Source: a virus. Taken from it: a stretch of 64,000 nucleotides of DNA. The stretch is from positions 16,113 through 80,112 of the IMG/VR virus record IMGVR_UViG_3300033149_004458; one strand, written 5' to 3'. The position numbers and the translations under genes are program-made. Below, one piece after another: positions 10,194-20,269 of this stretch. The first letter of the stretch is position 1, and every line of letters begins with the position of its first letter. The notes under the pieces were generated by a model, which was given only the letters and a program-made list of their open reading frames with translations, did no database searches and was not told the DNA's origin.

Positions 10194-11408
10194 TTATGGG
10201 CAAGCTACCCGCGAGCCGCTATAAACATATAGTGACCCATCCAAAGATTTCCAACCAAACGTCTGTGTGGCATTTCCTCCAACGTTAGTTGAATGTCCCT
10301 CGGAAGTAATGACGATTTCTGGGATGTATAGAGTCTTCATAATATCATCACAACTCAGGGTGTCATCACAACCGGCCCCTGGTTTGTATAGCCTAATCTC
10401 CAGTGAAATCCCACTAGCAGTAAGCTCACAGCTTCTGAACTCAGTTACACCAGAAGGTGAAACTTCTCCGGTTGTCAGAAGAGCAATTAATTCTAAATCT
10501 GTATCTAGAACACTGATGTCTCCAGTGACCTGCGGCACCTGTACTATTGTCCCTACGACATCTGTATTACCCATCTCTTTAATTACGGTATTGGGGAATG
10601 TGCCACGGATTGTTACAGATTGAACACGCTCAATTTGATTTGCTGCAATATAAACCGGAATATGTTGCCCACGGATAGCAGCTGGAATATCGTTGTCGAC
10701 TACATCTGACCAGTTGTTTCCCGCCGGGTTAGCATGGTAAACAACCACTAAGGCGTCACTAATGGTATCAGCGAATGAGATATTGCCACCAGAATAGCTA
10801 TATTCACCACTCGCTGGAGCGCCTGCCACTTCAGTTAAGTATTCTCCATCCAGGATAACACTTAGAAGCCAATTGCCATTCTTTAACTGAATTGGTGTTT
10901 CGGAAAGAGCCTGTGGGCTCCCAGCCCCAGCATCAAAGGTGTCTACAACTACGTCATATCTGAACCACCGCTTTTCTGTACCAGAAACAGTGTATTCTTC
11001 AGTCGCCTCAGCATCAACAGAATACGTATACGTAAATCCCGTGACCTGGCAGCGTCGCAAATGAATACTTTTAACGTAATCTGCTACATCCTCATCTCTG
11101 ACGACGCCAATAACGTCAATTTCTCCTAGTTGGTTAACATCTACTCCCACCCCAGGGGACCATGAGGTTGTTCCAGTTAGTGCGCCAAACAACTTTACCG
11201 AAGCATCCATTGCCTGGAAAGTCGCTGTCACTTCTGGAATATCCTGGGTTGTACCTGCATGATGGGGATTCCCTAATTCATCCACGTCAGTCGATGTAAT
11301 GTTCACCGGCATATCCAAACGCTGGATACGTGCAGCTAGATAATCTCCAGCAGGCCCGACTACTTTTAGCGCCATCTTTTGGAACGGTATGGCGATCCTC
11401 TTTGCCAT
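10194..11408 (-). CDS. Major tail tube protein
   Basis: 404 aa, acidic and beta-rich, with an internal duplication (RIQRLDM..DVDELGN vs RVQSVTI..VIKEMGN); lies between the tail terminator and chaperone genes. Confidence 0.75.
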   Translation of the reverse strand: MAKRIAIPFQKMALKVVGPAGDYLAARIQRLDMPVNITSTDVDELGNPHHAGTTQDIPEVTATFQAMDASVKLFGALTGTTSWSPGVGVDVNQLGEIDVIGVVRDEDVADYVKSIHLRRCQVTGFTYTYSVDAEATEEYTVSGTEKRWFRYDVVVDTFDAGAGSPQALSETPIQLKNGNWLLSVILDGEYLTEVAGAPASGEYSYSGGNISFADTISDALVVVYHANPAGNNWSDVVDNDIPAAIRGQHIPVYIAANQIERVQSVTIRGTFPNTVIKEMGNTDVVGTIVQVPQVTGDISVLDTDLELIALLTTGEVSPSGVTEFRSCELTASGISLEIRLYKPGAGCDDTLSCDDIMKTLYIPEIVITSEGHSTNVGGNATQTFGWKSLDGSLYVYSGSRVACP

Positions 11409-11420
11409 TTATTTTACTCC

Positions 11421-11861
11421 TTAACTCGGTTGATAATAGGTATAAAATGTTATACCAGCGCGCCAGTATAACTTTTCAACCAAATCTTTAAAAACATATA
11501 TTGGTTTTAATACTCTATCGCTGACTATTAAATAACCAATTTGTGTTGGTGAAGCGCCAGGGGGGAACCCTTCATCATAATTGTATACAGGGATTTGTTG
11601 TTCTAAAGCGTCAAAGATTAAAAATGCAAGCTCGTCTCTTTGAGGTGTGTCCTCCGCGAAAATATCAATTCTCCAAAATTCTTTGTCGAGCTCACATCCT
11701 CCCAATTCAAATGGCACTCCCCTGATGTCAAGAGAAACAACTGAAACAGTAGGCAGTAACAGCTTTCCAGAAGGAAAGCCGTCTTCTACATTTACACCAG
11801 TTGGTACTAAACTTGACAGCCAGTAATATATAGATTGACGTAGCTTTCGCTTTATGTTCAT
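11421..11861 (-). CDS. Tail completion/terminator protein
   Basis: 146 aa with LPTVSV...WRIDIFA..QRDEL pattern; directly upstream of the tail tube gene. Confidence 0.6.
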   Translation of the reverse strand: MNIKRKLRQSIYYWLSSLVPTGVNVEDGFPSGKLLLPTVSVVSLDIRGVPFELGGCELDKEFWRIDIFAEDTPQRDELAFLIFDALEQQIPVYNYDEGFPPGASPTQIGYLIVSDRVLKPIYVFKDLVEKLYWRAGITFYTYYQPS

Positions 11862-11882
11862 CTATACCTCTACAAAACAAAT

Positions 11883-12758
11883 TTACGGTGAGAATATTTC
11901 TCCTGTTGGTAATCGTTCTCCAGGACGAATTCTCCCAACATAGCGCCCCCTGACTTTTAACATGAACCATATACCTGTTTTACTTGTTCTTGCCTCTACG
12001 TGAACAGATGGTCCTGGAGATTCATAACGAACTTGGTCCAAAACTACAGGCACGCTCTCATTAGGGTTCTCAAACTGAAAACCTACAGCGTCTTCTATAG
12101 AGTGTACCATGTCCTCAGCAACGTCATCAAGAGCCTCGCTTACTATAGCAGGTACTTCTGCGCGCACCTTAGAGATGAACCCAGTACCTGCAAATGATGG
12201 ATATGCTGGCGCTCCACTGGCATTACCATACTCTAGAAAAATCCAATAAGGAGCTTTTGTGCCCCAGGCATCAAGTCTTGCTTTAATTACTTCTTCATAT
12301 GTAGGAAGTTCCTCAAAGCTAACTGATTTGTTTTTCTTGGTAACAAATGCCCTTGGGCCACCCTCTCTGGCCGGCTTATATATTCCGAACATCCACACAA
12401 AGAGGTTTTGCTCTGGTGTCCCGGTGCCTGGCCCACCTCCAGCAATTTGCCCCTCCAGAATATCACTCGGCATACCTGCTATCTGCTCGTTAAATACTTT
12501 GGCTCCCCTTAAATCTGGGGATACATAATAATGTTCCCAGTTGAGTAAATTTTCCATTAGTCGCTCTTCAAGAGGGGGGTATTGAAACTCCTCAATGGTA
12601 TTAATTGCCTCCTCTGCCATCTTTAGCATGTAATCTCGAATTCTGCTTTCTGCTAGATATTTGGCATTTGATCTAATGGCACTATCAATATTCATCGTGT
12701 CAAATTGAGAGCCAAAATATATAAAACGGTCTAGTTCGTTCAATACGTCTTCTAACAT
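11883..12758 (-). CDS. Neck/tail-completion protein (HK97 gp10-like)
   Basis: Contains APYWIFLEYG, resembling the gp10-family 'YA.f.EyG' motif; neck-region synteny. Confidence 0.5.
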   Translation of the reverse strand: MLEDVLNELDRFIYFGSQFDTMNIDSAIRSNAKYLAESRIRDYMLKMAEEAINTIEEFQYPPLEERLMENLLNWEHYYVSPDLRGAKVFNEQIAGMPSDILEGQIAGGGPGTGTPEQNLFVWMFGIYKPAREGGPRAFVTKKNKSVSFEELPTYEEVIKARLDAWGTKAPYWIFLEYGNASGAPAYPSFAGTGFISKVRAEVPAIVSEALDDVAEDMVHSIEDAVGFQFENPNESVPVVLDQVRYESPGPSVHVEARTSKTGIWFMLKVRGRYVGRIRPGERLPTGEIFSP

Positions 12759-12997
12759 TACCTGAATGTAAGCCCCTCTACTTCCTCTCCAAACAATGCC
12801 CTAAACACCGAACGAGCATAGTCATTAAATGAATCTAAAATAGTCTTTCTGACGAGGCCATACTTCTCATGGTCGGAACCAAGTATTTCCTCTATATCAC
12901 TAAGCAGGATAGCAAGATACCGCCTCTTTCTGCGTTCTATGATTGCGGTTATATCTTGTATATCTAATCCATTAATTTCTACAGTATTCACCTTCAA
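12758..12997 (-). CDS. Hypothetical protein in the neck module
   Basis: 79-aa ORF with GTG start and GAGG RBS, tightly coupled to its neighbours. Confidence 0.55.
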   Translation of the reverse strand: MKVNTVEINGLDIQDITAIIERRKRRYLAILLSDIEEILGSDHEKYGLVRKTILDSFNDYARSVFRALFGEEVEGLTFR

Positions 12998-13002
12998 CCT
13001 CT

Positions 13003-13446
13003 TTATACCCCAGCCGGGTCCTCAATCAGGGTAATTCTTATTCTATTTACATCTTGTACCCCGCGAAGAGCATAATTTTTCAAGTATAAGTTCTTTCCAT
13101 CCACAACAAAATATTTAGAGTTATTAATTGTATTTAGAATTCCACTGCTGTAAGTAACTGTTACAGTGCAATCGCCATCGTCAATAACTCCACCAGAAAC
13201 CCAATATGGCTGACCGGCATATTTCCATCTAATGTGTCCATCATATACATGTTCTGACAAAGTAGTAAGCCAATAAGAACCATTACAGCCGCTGCAAAAT
13301 GGATCGGTAGATTTGTTTGTTGTTGGATCAAGGCTACATAGTGGGCAAGCGCCATATATCTCCTCTGTATAGATACTGAATGGTCTTCCAATTGTTTCAC
13401 GTATATTATCTATGATTTCTTTTGTGTTGGATGGAAAATTAACCAT
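13003..13446 (-). CDS. Putative head closure protein with Cys4 zinc-finger insert
   Basis: 147 aa; CPLC...CSGC; beta-rich C-terminus; neck synteny. Confidence 0.5.
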   Translation of the reverse strand: MVNFPSNTKEIIDNIRETIGRPFSIYTEEIYGACPLCSLDPTTNKSTDPFCSGCNGSYWLTTLSEHVYDGHIRWKYAGQPYWVSGGVIDDGDCTVTVTYSSGILNTINNSKYFVVDGKNLYLKNYALRGVQDVNRIRITLIEDPAGV

Positions 13447-14596
13447 TACTTAAAACTTCCTCAAAAAGTTCATCCCATTGTTTACCAATATTTTCCCAGC
13501 GGAATTTGTCCTGGGTGACAAAATTATAAATTGCCTCTGCCTCTACTTCGCGCCGGTCGGGGTGTTCATAATAATAATCTAATGCCCTGGCTACTTCTTC
13601 TGGGGTTACTACCGCTCCTTCTGTTAATAGCCCAGGGTAGGTATCGTAATGGTCTATCGGAATCAAATATGCCAAACCATGATAAAGTTCACTAGTAGCA
13701 GAACTATCTGGAACTACTTGTGCCCTTTTACAAGCAGCATGCTCAAAGGTTGTTAAGCCCCAACCCTCTCCCATTCCTGTGTTTAGTCCAACATCGCAAG
13801 CGTTGTAAATCCAGTTTAATCTCTCGTCCGAAACACTCATTGCTGGACTCAAATCAAGCGAAGTGAGAATCAATCTATCGACAATCCCATGCCGTTTACA
13901 CATTTTAATGAGATTCCACCCGGCGTCTTCCAGTCCCGCGTGGCAATACAACTTAACCGATTTTGGTTTATTTCTTGCGAATTCAGCAAACCCCTTGATT
14001 GTTAGATCAAATCTTTTTCTTGGTTGGTTACGGTTTGCATTTAGCACCACGAATTCATCGTCTTCCATGTCAACTAAATGACTTCTGGCCTCCCTCATAC
14101 CTATAGGGTAAAATACTGATGTATCGAGTCCATGAGGGATCACCCTTACCTTATCGGTTTTCACGTTGTCCAAAATAGCCTGTTTACCAAACTCTGTATA
14201 TGCTACTGGCGTTGACCTCTCTACGATTTTCTGGCACCATTCCCCATCTAGTGGTTTGGCGTCAACCGGAAAGTATGTTACAACTTTTATGTTTTCTGGC
14301 ATCCTGGACAAATAGTCATAAAGTATCCAAGTGTCATTTAAAATGAAAACTAAATCTGGTCTGACATAATCTAACAACGGCTGTATTCTACCAAAGCCGT
14401 ATAGATCACCACCAATAAACGCGGGGTACATTAAATGCTCCGCTTGTGGGTAGGGGTCGCCTCGATAGTTAATTGCCAAATGATGAATGTCATATTTATT
14501 TTTTGGCAGATTATTAATAATACTATGATTCACTCTGGCGAACCCTGTTGCAACACCACCATCTCCTATCCAAAGTATTCTGAACTTATTCCCCAT
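13439..14596 (-). CDS. Glycosyltransferase, GT-B fold (GT4-like)
   Basis: TGFARV, VIPHGLD, NRNQPRKRFD and YNACDVGLNTGMGEGWGLTTFEHAAC (EX7E motif). Confidence 0.9.
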   Translation of the reverse strand: MGNKFRILWIGDGGVATGFARVNHSIINNLPKNKYDIHHLAINYRGDPYPQAEHLMYPAFIGGDLYGFGRIQPLLDYVRPDLVFILNDTWILYDYLSRMPENIKVVTYFPVDAKPLDGEWCQKIVERSTPVAYTEFGKQAILDNVKTDKVRVIPHGLDTSVFYPIGMREARSHLVDMEDDEFVVLNANRNQPRKRFDLTIKGFAEFARNKPKSVKLYCHAGLEDAGWNLIKMCKRHGIVDRLILTSLDLSPAMSVSDERLNWIYNACDVGLNTGMGEGWGLTTFEHAACKRAQVVPDSSATSELYHGLAYLIPIDHYDTYPGLLTEGAVVTPEEVARALDYYYEHPDRREVEAEAIYNFVTQDKFRWENIGKQWDELFEEVLSNG

Positions 14597-14608
14597 ATGC
14601 CTCCCCCT

Positions 14609-15481
14609 TTATATCTCCTCCAATATTCTACTAAACATCTTGGGAACTAGAACTTTCCAACTGAATGTCTTTAAAATCTGTTCATACTCAGAGTCAGTTA
14701 TTGGTTCTGGTTCTTGACTTAAAATGTGGACCAGCTGTTCTACAATATCATCCTCATGATTTACAAAGTAAGCAAATCCCTTATACGCAGAATACGTTGG
14801 AAGGTCAAAGACTATTGGCCGTGCCCCGCAGAATAATCCCTCTACGCCTAACAGCTCAAAACCCTCTACCAATCTTAGGCAAGAAGTATATTTTGTGTAA
14901 TTTAATAAGCCGGCCAACGCTAGAATGGGCATAAACCTTAAATGGCGATAGTGGCCTGTATCCCAACCAAACTGTTCTACAAAATTCCTTCCTGTGTGAT
15001 GGACTATTTTATCTGCCTTTACTGCTGCCTCATAGAGTTTGTCTATGCACTCATCCTTCGCTATATATCCTGTGGTGAGAACATCAACAGTACGAATATC
15101 TCTATTTGTATATGTAAATATATCCGGGTCTGCTCCCCAAGGCATATAGTGGAAGTTAAATGATTCGTCAGTATAATCTGTAAGTTTATGAAACGATATT
15201 ACTAGCTTAGCTTCCTTCCAAAATGGTATATAGTCTACTCGATCTATTTGTGCTGTCCAATAACAATGTTGAACAATAACCTTGTTTGGGTGTTCCCTCT
15301 CTAATACTGGGACCTCTCCTTCTCCAACAACGTGAATAATAAAAATATCACTATCTTCCCAATTTGGCACCCAAACAATATTTTCTGGTGAATATTTGCG
15401 GAAAGCCTCACTGATTCTAGTGAAAGCTGTTCCCCATGATGGGTGTCTATACTCAGATACTTTTATCTTTCCCATAACCAC
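14609..15481 (-). CDS. Glycosyltransferase-like protein, GT-B fold
   Basis: PWGADPDIF and LRLVEGFELLGVEGLFCGARPI (EX7E motif). Confidence 0.75.
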   Translation of the reverse strand: MVMGKIKVSEYRHPSWGTAFTRISEAFRKYSPENIVWVPNWEDSDIFIIHVVGEGEVPVLEREHPNKVIVQHCYWTAQIDRVDYIPFWKEAKLVISFHKLTDYTDESFNFHYMPWGADPDIFTYTNRDIRTVDVLTTGYIAKDECIDKLYEAAVKADKIVHHTGRNFVEQFGWDTGHYRHLRFMPILALAGLLNYTKYTSCLRLVEGFELLGVEGLFCGARPIVFDLPTYSAYKGFAYFVNHEDDIVEQLVHILSQEPEPITDSEYEQILKTFSWKVLVPKMFSRILEEI

Positions 15482-15493
15482 TCCTTTAGTATA

Positions 15494-17203
15494 CTACCCT
15501 TTTATCTCAAATGGCTTGTGCCAGTTTTTCCTTGGCACTCTGATCCCCGGTTTACTCTCCCACTTTTCTCTTAGCCGTCTAATTTTATTTCCGTAAGTTC
15601 CATCATCACCACTACAGGAACCTACATGGTGAACTCCGACAGCATTTGCATCTATGACAAGATAGCCAGCATTTCTGGCCTTTAAGCAGAAATCAGCGTC
15701 CTCGTGCCAGAATTTACCATATCCTTCATCAATGAAACCTATCTTGTTAACTAATCTTTTAGGAAATAATTGACAGTACCCTTGAACAACATCTGCTTCA
15801 GTTACCCCTTTTGCTTCCCAAAACTGTCCCCACCTTCCTTCTGGGATATAAGTTCCGGTTTGCCCGACAATACCAACGCGCTTATCAGCAAAGAACCGTA
15901 ATAGCTTGTTTAGCCAGTCATACTTTACAATGTGGGCATCATCATCTAAGAGAAGAATGTATTCTCCTCTGGCAGCCTTTATGCCAATATTTCTACCCTT
16001 AGAAACTCCTGAATTATAGTTTAACCTTATAACCTGATTGTGGGGATGTAATAATGCTAAATCAACCGGAATTTCCCAATTAGCCATATTTTGGTCGACA
16101 ATAACGATCTCAAAACCAGGGTCTTCGTCTCTGGTTGTATACTTGTAAATACTTTTTAGACAACGAGCAAGCATTTTTTGTGGTCGATCAACAGCAAGAA
16201 TAACAATACTGACTTTAATTGGTTTGGCGGCAGCTTTTAAAATATATTCTAGTCTTTCAGCAGACTTATCCCAAGTCCATTCTGTTCTTATATAATCACT
16301 TGCCTCTAAACCTCGTTTTCTGGCCTCGCCTGGGTGATTGACTAACCACCTCATAGTATTTACCAGATGGTCTAACTCTGGCTCCATCCAATATGGTTCC
16401 ATGCTATCAGTTTTATAATGATGTGTTGTCCTTACAGTGTTAAATCTTATCTTATAAATATATTTACCATATTCTTTTATTCCGCTTCCAAAGGGCGCTA
16501 TTACTGGAATACCACAAGCCATTGCTTCCATTGCGATTAGCCCTGGGCCTACACCACGAACTGGGAATAAAAGACAGTCTGCCTGGTGGTAAATATCTGC
16601 CATGCTTTTTACGTTTTTTCTAATTATTTTTATTCTTGGGTCATTAATAGATTCTTCTATTGGTGGGTAATTTGTATCTAGTTTCATAAGAAGCTTAACA
16701 TTCTTATTATCTGAAAAGGCAGCTTTGAACGCTTTGATCGCTAAATCCCAACCATGTCTTTTGTCTGTACCTCCAGCCCATAGAAAAGTAAATGTGCCAC
16801 CTGTTTGTTTTTCTCTGGGCTGAAATTCTTCTGGGTCTACTCCCATGTGGAGAGTTGTAACGTTTTTCAGTCCATTTGCATGGAAAACTCTTCCCACCCA
16901 ATCGCTAATAGCAACCACAAGATCATAATTTTTATTGGCGGCTTTTTTCCAGCCAATAGGAAAAGAATTATTTCCACCAAACTCCCAAGTCATAAAACCA
17001 ACAGTTAATGGGTGCCTAACCTTTATATCAAAATTATATTCGTATGTAAAGGTAATATAAATAGGAGTTAACTCTCCAGCGGAATTTCTGTGTTGGTTTT
17101 TGTAAACAGTGTGCCCTCTACGCTCAAGGGCTTGTGACAGTTTCCGGTTTATAGTCGGAAAAGCGTAAACTTTATCGAAGGCACCTTGCCAAGTAATCTC
17201 CAT
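15494..17203 (-). CDS. Bifunctional glycosyltransferase (GT4-like + GT2-like)
   Basis: N-half HMGVDPEEF...PGLIAMEAMACGIPVI; C-half VSIVIL, EIVIVDQ, GRNIGIKAARGEYILLLDDD and WHEDADFCLKA. Confidence 0.9.
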   Translation of the reverse strand: MEITWQGAFDKVYAFPTINRKLSQALERRGHTVYKNQHRNSAGELTPIYITFTYEYNFDIKVRHPLTVGFMTWEFGGNNSFPIGWKKAANKNYDLVVAISDWVGRVFHANGLKNVTTLHMGVDPEEFQPREKQTGGTFTFLWAGGTDKRHGWDLAIKAFKAAFSDNKNVKLLMKLDTNYPPIEESINDPRIKIIRKNVKSMADIYHQADCLLFPVRGVGPGLIAMEAMACGIPVIAPFGSGIKEYGKYIYKIRFNTVRTTHHYKTDSMEPYWMEPELDHLVNTMRWLVNHPGEARKRGLEASDYIRTEWTWDKSAERLEYILKAAAKPIKVSIVILAVDRPQKMLARCLKSIYKYTTRDEDPGFEIVIVDQNMANWEIPVDLALLHPHNQVIRLNYNSGVSKGRNIGIKAARGEYILLLDDDAHIVKYDWLNKLLRFFADKRVGIVGQTGTYIPEGRWGQFWEAKGVTEADVVQGYCQLFPKRLVNKIGFIDEGYGKFWHEDADFCLKARNAGYLVIDANAVGVHHVGSCSGDDGTYGNKIRRLREKWESKPGIRVPRKNWHKPFEIKG

Positions 17204-17921
17204 AATACGGTTCCTTTAAACACAAGATGTCTGTGTGGCAACCAGCCTGTCTATAGTAAGTTACTAGCTTTTTGGGCGTTGTGCGTACAATCTCTCTAGT
17301 ATTTTCATCTATATTCCAAATATATTTATAATTATTTTTAGCGAGTAGTTCAAGAAGTTGCCCCGCTGGTACCGCTGTTTGGTCTAGATGTCTTGGGGAG
17401 AACTCTATTATTAAAATAGGAGAATGGTTTCTTAGAGTCCGAAGCATACCAAGAACAATTAGTCCCTCACTACCTTGTGTGTCTAATTTTATCATATCAA
17501 TGGATATGTAAGAATTGCAATATTTACATTTATTCCTTTCCATCCAGGAATCTATAGTAATAACTTCTACCATTTCTTCTTCACGAGCCACATCGCCAGA
17601 TGGGTGTAAACGGTTGTCAACGAGTTTTTTCGGATTGACATAGAGAATACCTTGCTTTGAGCAGACATCCCCAACGGCGACATTGTATGTCGTAACATTT
17701 TTAAATTGCCTAGTATTGTTAACTAGCTCGTTGTAAGATTCTTTGTGTGGCTCAAATGCATAAACGCGGCCACTTGTCCATGATGCAAATTTCTGTGTGT
17801 AATATCCGATATATGCCCCTATATCAAGAATGTTACCATCTGCAAGGTGAGATAGCACTGTTGTCAAAAATGGAGAACGGTATTTATATTGTAGAATATC
17901 AAACTGGTCACTCACCTTCAA
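17172..17921 (-). CDS. FkbM-family SAM-dependent methyltransferase
   Basis: LDIGAYIGYY, VYAFEP, IKLDTQGSE and LIIEF motifs. Confidence 0.88.
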   Translation of the reverse strand: MKVSDQFDILQYKYRSPFLTTVLSHLADGNILDIGAYIGYYTQKFASWTSGRVYAFEPHKESYNELVNNTRQFKNVTTYNVAVGDVCSKQGILYVNPKKLVDNRLHPSGDVAREEEMVEVITIDSWMERNKCKYCNSYISIDMIKLDTQGSEGLIVLGMLRTLRNHSPILIIEFSPRHLDQTAVPAGQLLELLAKNNYKYIWNIDENTREIVRTTPKKLVTYYRQAGCHTDILCLKEPYYGDYLARCLR

Positions 17922-17939
17922 TCCTTACATTTAGCACAA

Positions 17940-18440
17940 TTATTTTCTTGCTGTAATTCTCATTTCTATATGATCTTCTAGCTGTTTGTGCCGCTCTATT
18001 TGTTTAAACCCAACACTACTTAGCAATTTGCGCAGAGCTAGGTAATTCCAACCAGCCTTGTGAGTATTCTCTGGATACTCTTGCCCACCATAGAGGTAGT
18101 AAGCAAATAACAAAACGTCAAATCTCTTGCCTGTATAACTATCTCTTACATGGTTAGTGTAATTATAAACCAACTTATCAAGGTCAGGGCAATGAATTTC
18201 TAACGTTCCCCCAGGCCTCAACACTCTATACCATTCCCTTAACACTGCCTCTGTCCTACGGTGGGACCAATGTTCCAAAACATGCCTAGCGTATATTCCA
18301 TCTAATTGGTTGTCTGAGAACCTACTTAGGTTAGCTCCATCTCCAACGATATCAACTTTGCCTGGAATATACCGCGCATCTAGACGAATAGTTGATTTTG
18401 GGTTGGGATGAGCACCACCACCTATCTCTAAGATTTGCAT
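17940..18440 (-). CDS. Class I SAM-dependent methyltransferase
   Basis: LEIGGG, YARHVLEH and EWYRVLRPGGTLEIHCPD motifs. Confidence 0.85.
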   Translation of the reverse strand: MQILEIGGGAHPNPKSTIRLDARYIPGKVDIVGDGANLSRFSDNQLDGIYARHVLEHWSHRRTEAVLREWYRVLRPGGTLEIHCPDLDKLVYNYTNHVRDSYTGKRFDVLLFAYYLYGGQEYPENTHKAGWNYLALRKLLSSVGFKQIERHKQLEDHIEMRITARK

Positions 18441-19168
18441 AATTCCTCCACAAGAAACCTATGCAGCTCAATGTGTCCTTCTATATTGTAACTAATTTCT
18501 CTATTTATCCATAGAGGGACTTCGTACAAATGTTTCCCAGAACCACCATGAAAGAACTCGTTTAAATTGTGTCTATATTTGTTTTCTAATCCCTCAGAGT
18601 GGTCTCCTGTTATTATAAACAGATCATCTTCATTCAACCAAGAGCTAACTTTCTTAATAGCAATCTCTACCTGTCTGAAATAAGCATTTTTAAGTTCCTG
18701 CGTTGTTCTCGTTTGAAGAAGTTCTTTGGCAGCACTTACAGAGTATCTACCAAAATATTCGTTAGAATAATGCCCTTTTAACCCAAGCTCGTATGGTAGA
18801 TGTGTTTTCCAGAAATGAAGAAGAGAGAAACAATTATTGCCGTGGCGGGGGAGAAGTCTAAGAGAATCCGCCCATCCATCTAATCGCTGTTTACATGGGC
18901 GGTTCCAATGGGAATAATTGTAGTTATCAATTAGAAACAGGTTTCCCATGGTATAAGCAGAGACAGAAAACCTGTGTTCTCTTGCCAACATAAATAAATC
19001 CTTTCCAGGCCTTCCCCACCTTTTCCCTAACAATATTGCATACATAGATGCAGGCGTTAGGGTTGCATATGACTTAAAATCAGGAAAATAGGTTCCTTGT
19101 TTAAGATTGAAAACCCTCTCAAATGTTTTCTTTTGCAAGGAATCTATCACAATTAGCCATAGATTCAT
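18428..19168 (-). CDS. Alkaline phosphatase/sulfatase superfamily protein (Thr nucleophile)
   Basis: LIVIDSL, LTPASM (Thr at the nucleophile position), HFWKTHLPY, IITGDHSEG and FHGG..LYEVPL. Confidence 0.7.
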   Translation of the reverse strand: MNLWLIVIDSLQKKTFERVFNLKQGTYFPDFKSYATLTPASMYAILLGKRWGRPGKDLFMLAREHRFSVSAYTMGNLFLIDNYNYSHWNRPCKQRLDGWADSLRLLPRHGNNCFSLLHFWKTHLPYELGLKGHYSNEYFGRYSVSAAKELLQTRTTQELKNAYFRQVEIAIKKVSSWLNEDDLFIITGDHSEGLENKYRHNLNEFFHGGSGKHLYEVPLWINREISYNIEGHIELHRFLVEELCKS

Positions 19169-19231
19169 TCCATATATCCTAACTCCCTCAGTCTTTCTCT
19201 GAGTATTTCTAGATCATCTTCTTGATCTTCT

Positions 19232-19714
19232 TCACTCAGCTCCTTCTCTGATGTTTCCTGGTAATTTATATCCTTCGAGGGATTGTCGTGAGGCTCCATA
19301 TAATCTCGCCTTGAGTAACCGTTCTAGTTCTTCCAGGTCGCGCCCAATACTTGAATCTGCCGATTTCGCAGCAGCAATGTTAGAATATGCCACCTCATCG
19401 TCTCTCCAGCTACCTATATCCCAAACGTGGCCCTCATATTGGGCACCCTTCAGAATAATAGCTGCCTGAAGGATGATTGGCCGTTCATCTGCCGCTGCAA
19501 TTGTTGGCGGAGCAGCATCTCGGAAAGTTGCTGTGCTACTACGTGTAACTGTCCCAGAAGAAGTGGCAGAATATCTATAAGACCATCGCCTGCCAAGAGC
19601 GTTAATAGCAGAGATTAATGCTGTCTCCATAACAGAATCAGAAAAAGTATATGGGGCGGTGTAATCTCCCATATGTAACCTTAGTTGATCTATTAATTGA
19701 GTAACGTCACTCAT
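19232..19714 (-). CDS. Head-tail adaptor protein
   Basis: LRLHMGD...YTFSD N-terminus typical of adaptors; located downstream of the capsid gene. Confidence 0.65.
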   Translation of the reverse strand: MSDVTQLIDQLRLHMGDYTAPYTFSDSVMETALISAINALGRRWSYRYSATSSGTVTRSSTATFRDAAPPTIAAADERPIILQAAIILKGAQYEGHVWDIGSWRDDEVAYSNIAAAKSADSSIGRDLEELERLLKARLYGASRQSLEGYKLPGNIREGAE

Positions 19715-20208
19715 GTATTTGCCTGTAGCTCAGAAAGTCTTTCCTCAATTCTACCTACAACGCCAACAGAAACATTCATTTCCTTAGCCAGGCGCAACAT
19801 CCTCTCTACTGGAACCGGTGAGGTAAATTTGTCTAACAGGGCTTTCACAGCAAAGAATTTCTTTTTGAGGGCTTCCTCTAGCTCTGCGTCAGAGATTTCA
19901 TTTACAGAGATTTTTTCCTCTATTTCTTCAGTAAATGGGGCAATGTCACCACGGTCTAGTAGCGGCTTATTTGCCCTCCTGAAGAATTCATGTTCAAAAT
20001 CTGTCCAGAATGTAAGAACGATATCTTCGATAGGGACTTTGCCTGGCTCACCCGCGAGAATTAGCTCTGTTGGCGATCCAGTGAATTGGTCTATTACTTT
20101 TACACAAACCTTGCCAACAATAGTTTTGACATACTTGGCTACTGGTTGGCCGGTTGCCCGCGCTTTTTGCAAAGCGTCGTAATATATTTTACTTGCAGTT
20201 AACTCCAT
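19711..20208 (-). CDS. Hypothetical protein downstream of the major capsid gene
   Basis: 165-aa ORF with strong GGAGG RBS and an ATGA overlap with the adaptor gene. Confidence 0.6.
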   Translation of the reverse strand: MELTASKIYYDALQKARATGQPVAKYVKTIVGKVCVKVIDQFTGSPTELILAGEPGKVPIEDIVLTFWTDFEHEFFRRANKPLLDRGDIAPFTEEIEEKISVNEISDAELEEALKKKFFAVKALLDKFTSPVPVERMLRLAKEMNVSVGVVGRIEERLSELQANT

Positions 20209-20232
20209 TCCTACCTCCCCGTTAAAATGGTT

Positions 20233-20260
20233 ATAGGAGGGGATAATTATCCCCTCCTAT
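20233..20260 (-). terminator. Hairpin after the major capsid gene
   Basis: Perfect 28-bp palindrome ATAGGAGGGGATAATTATCCCCTCCTAT. Confidence 0.65.
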
Positions 20261-20269
20261 CCGATTTTA

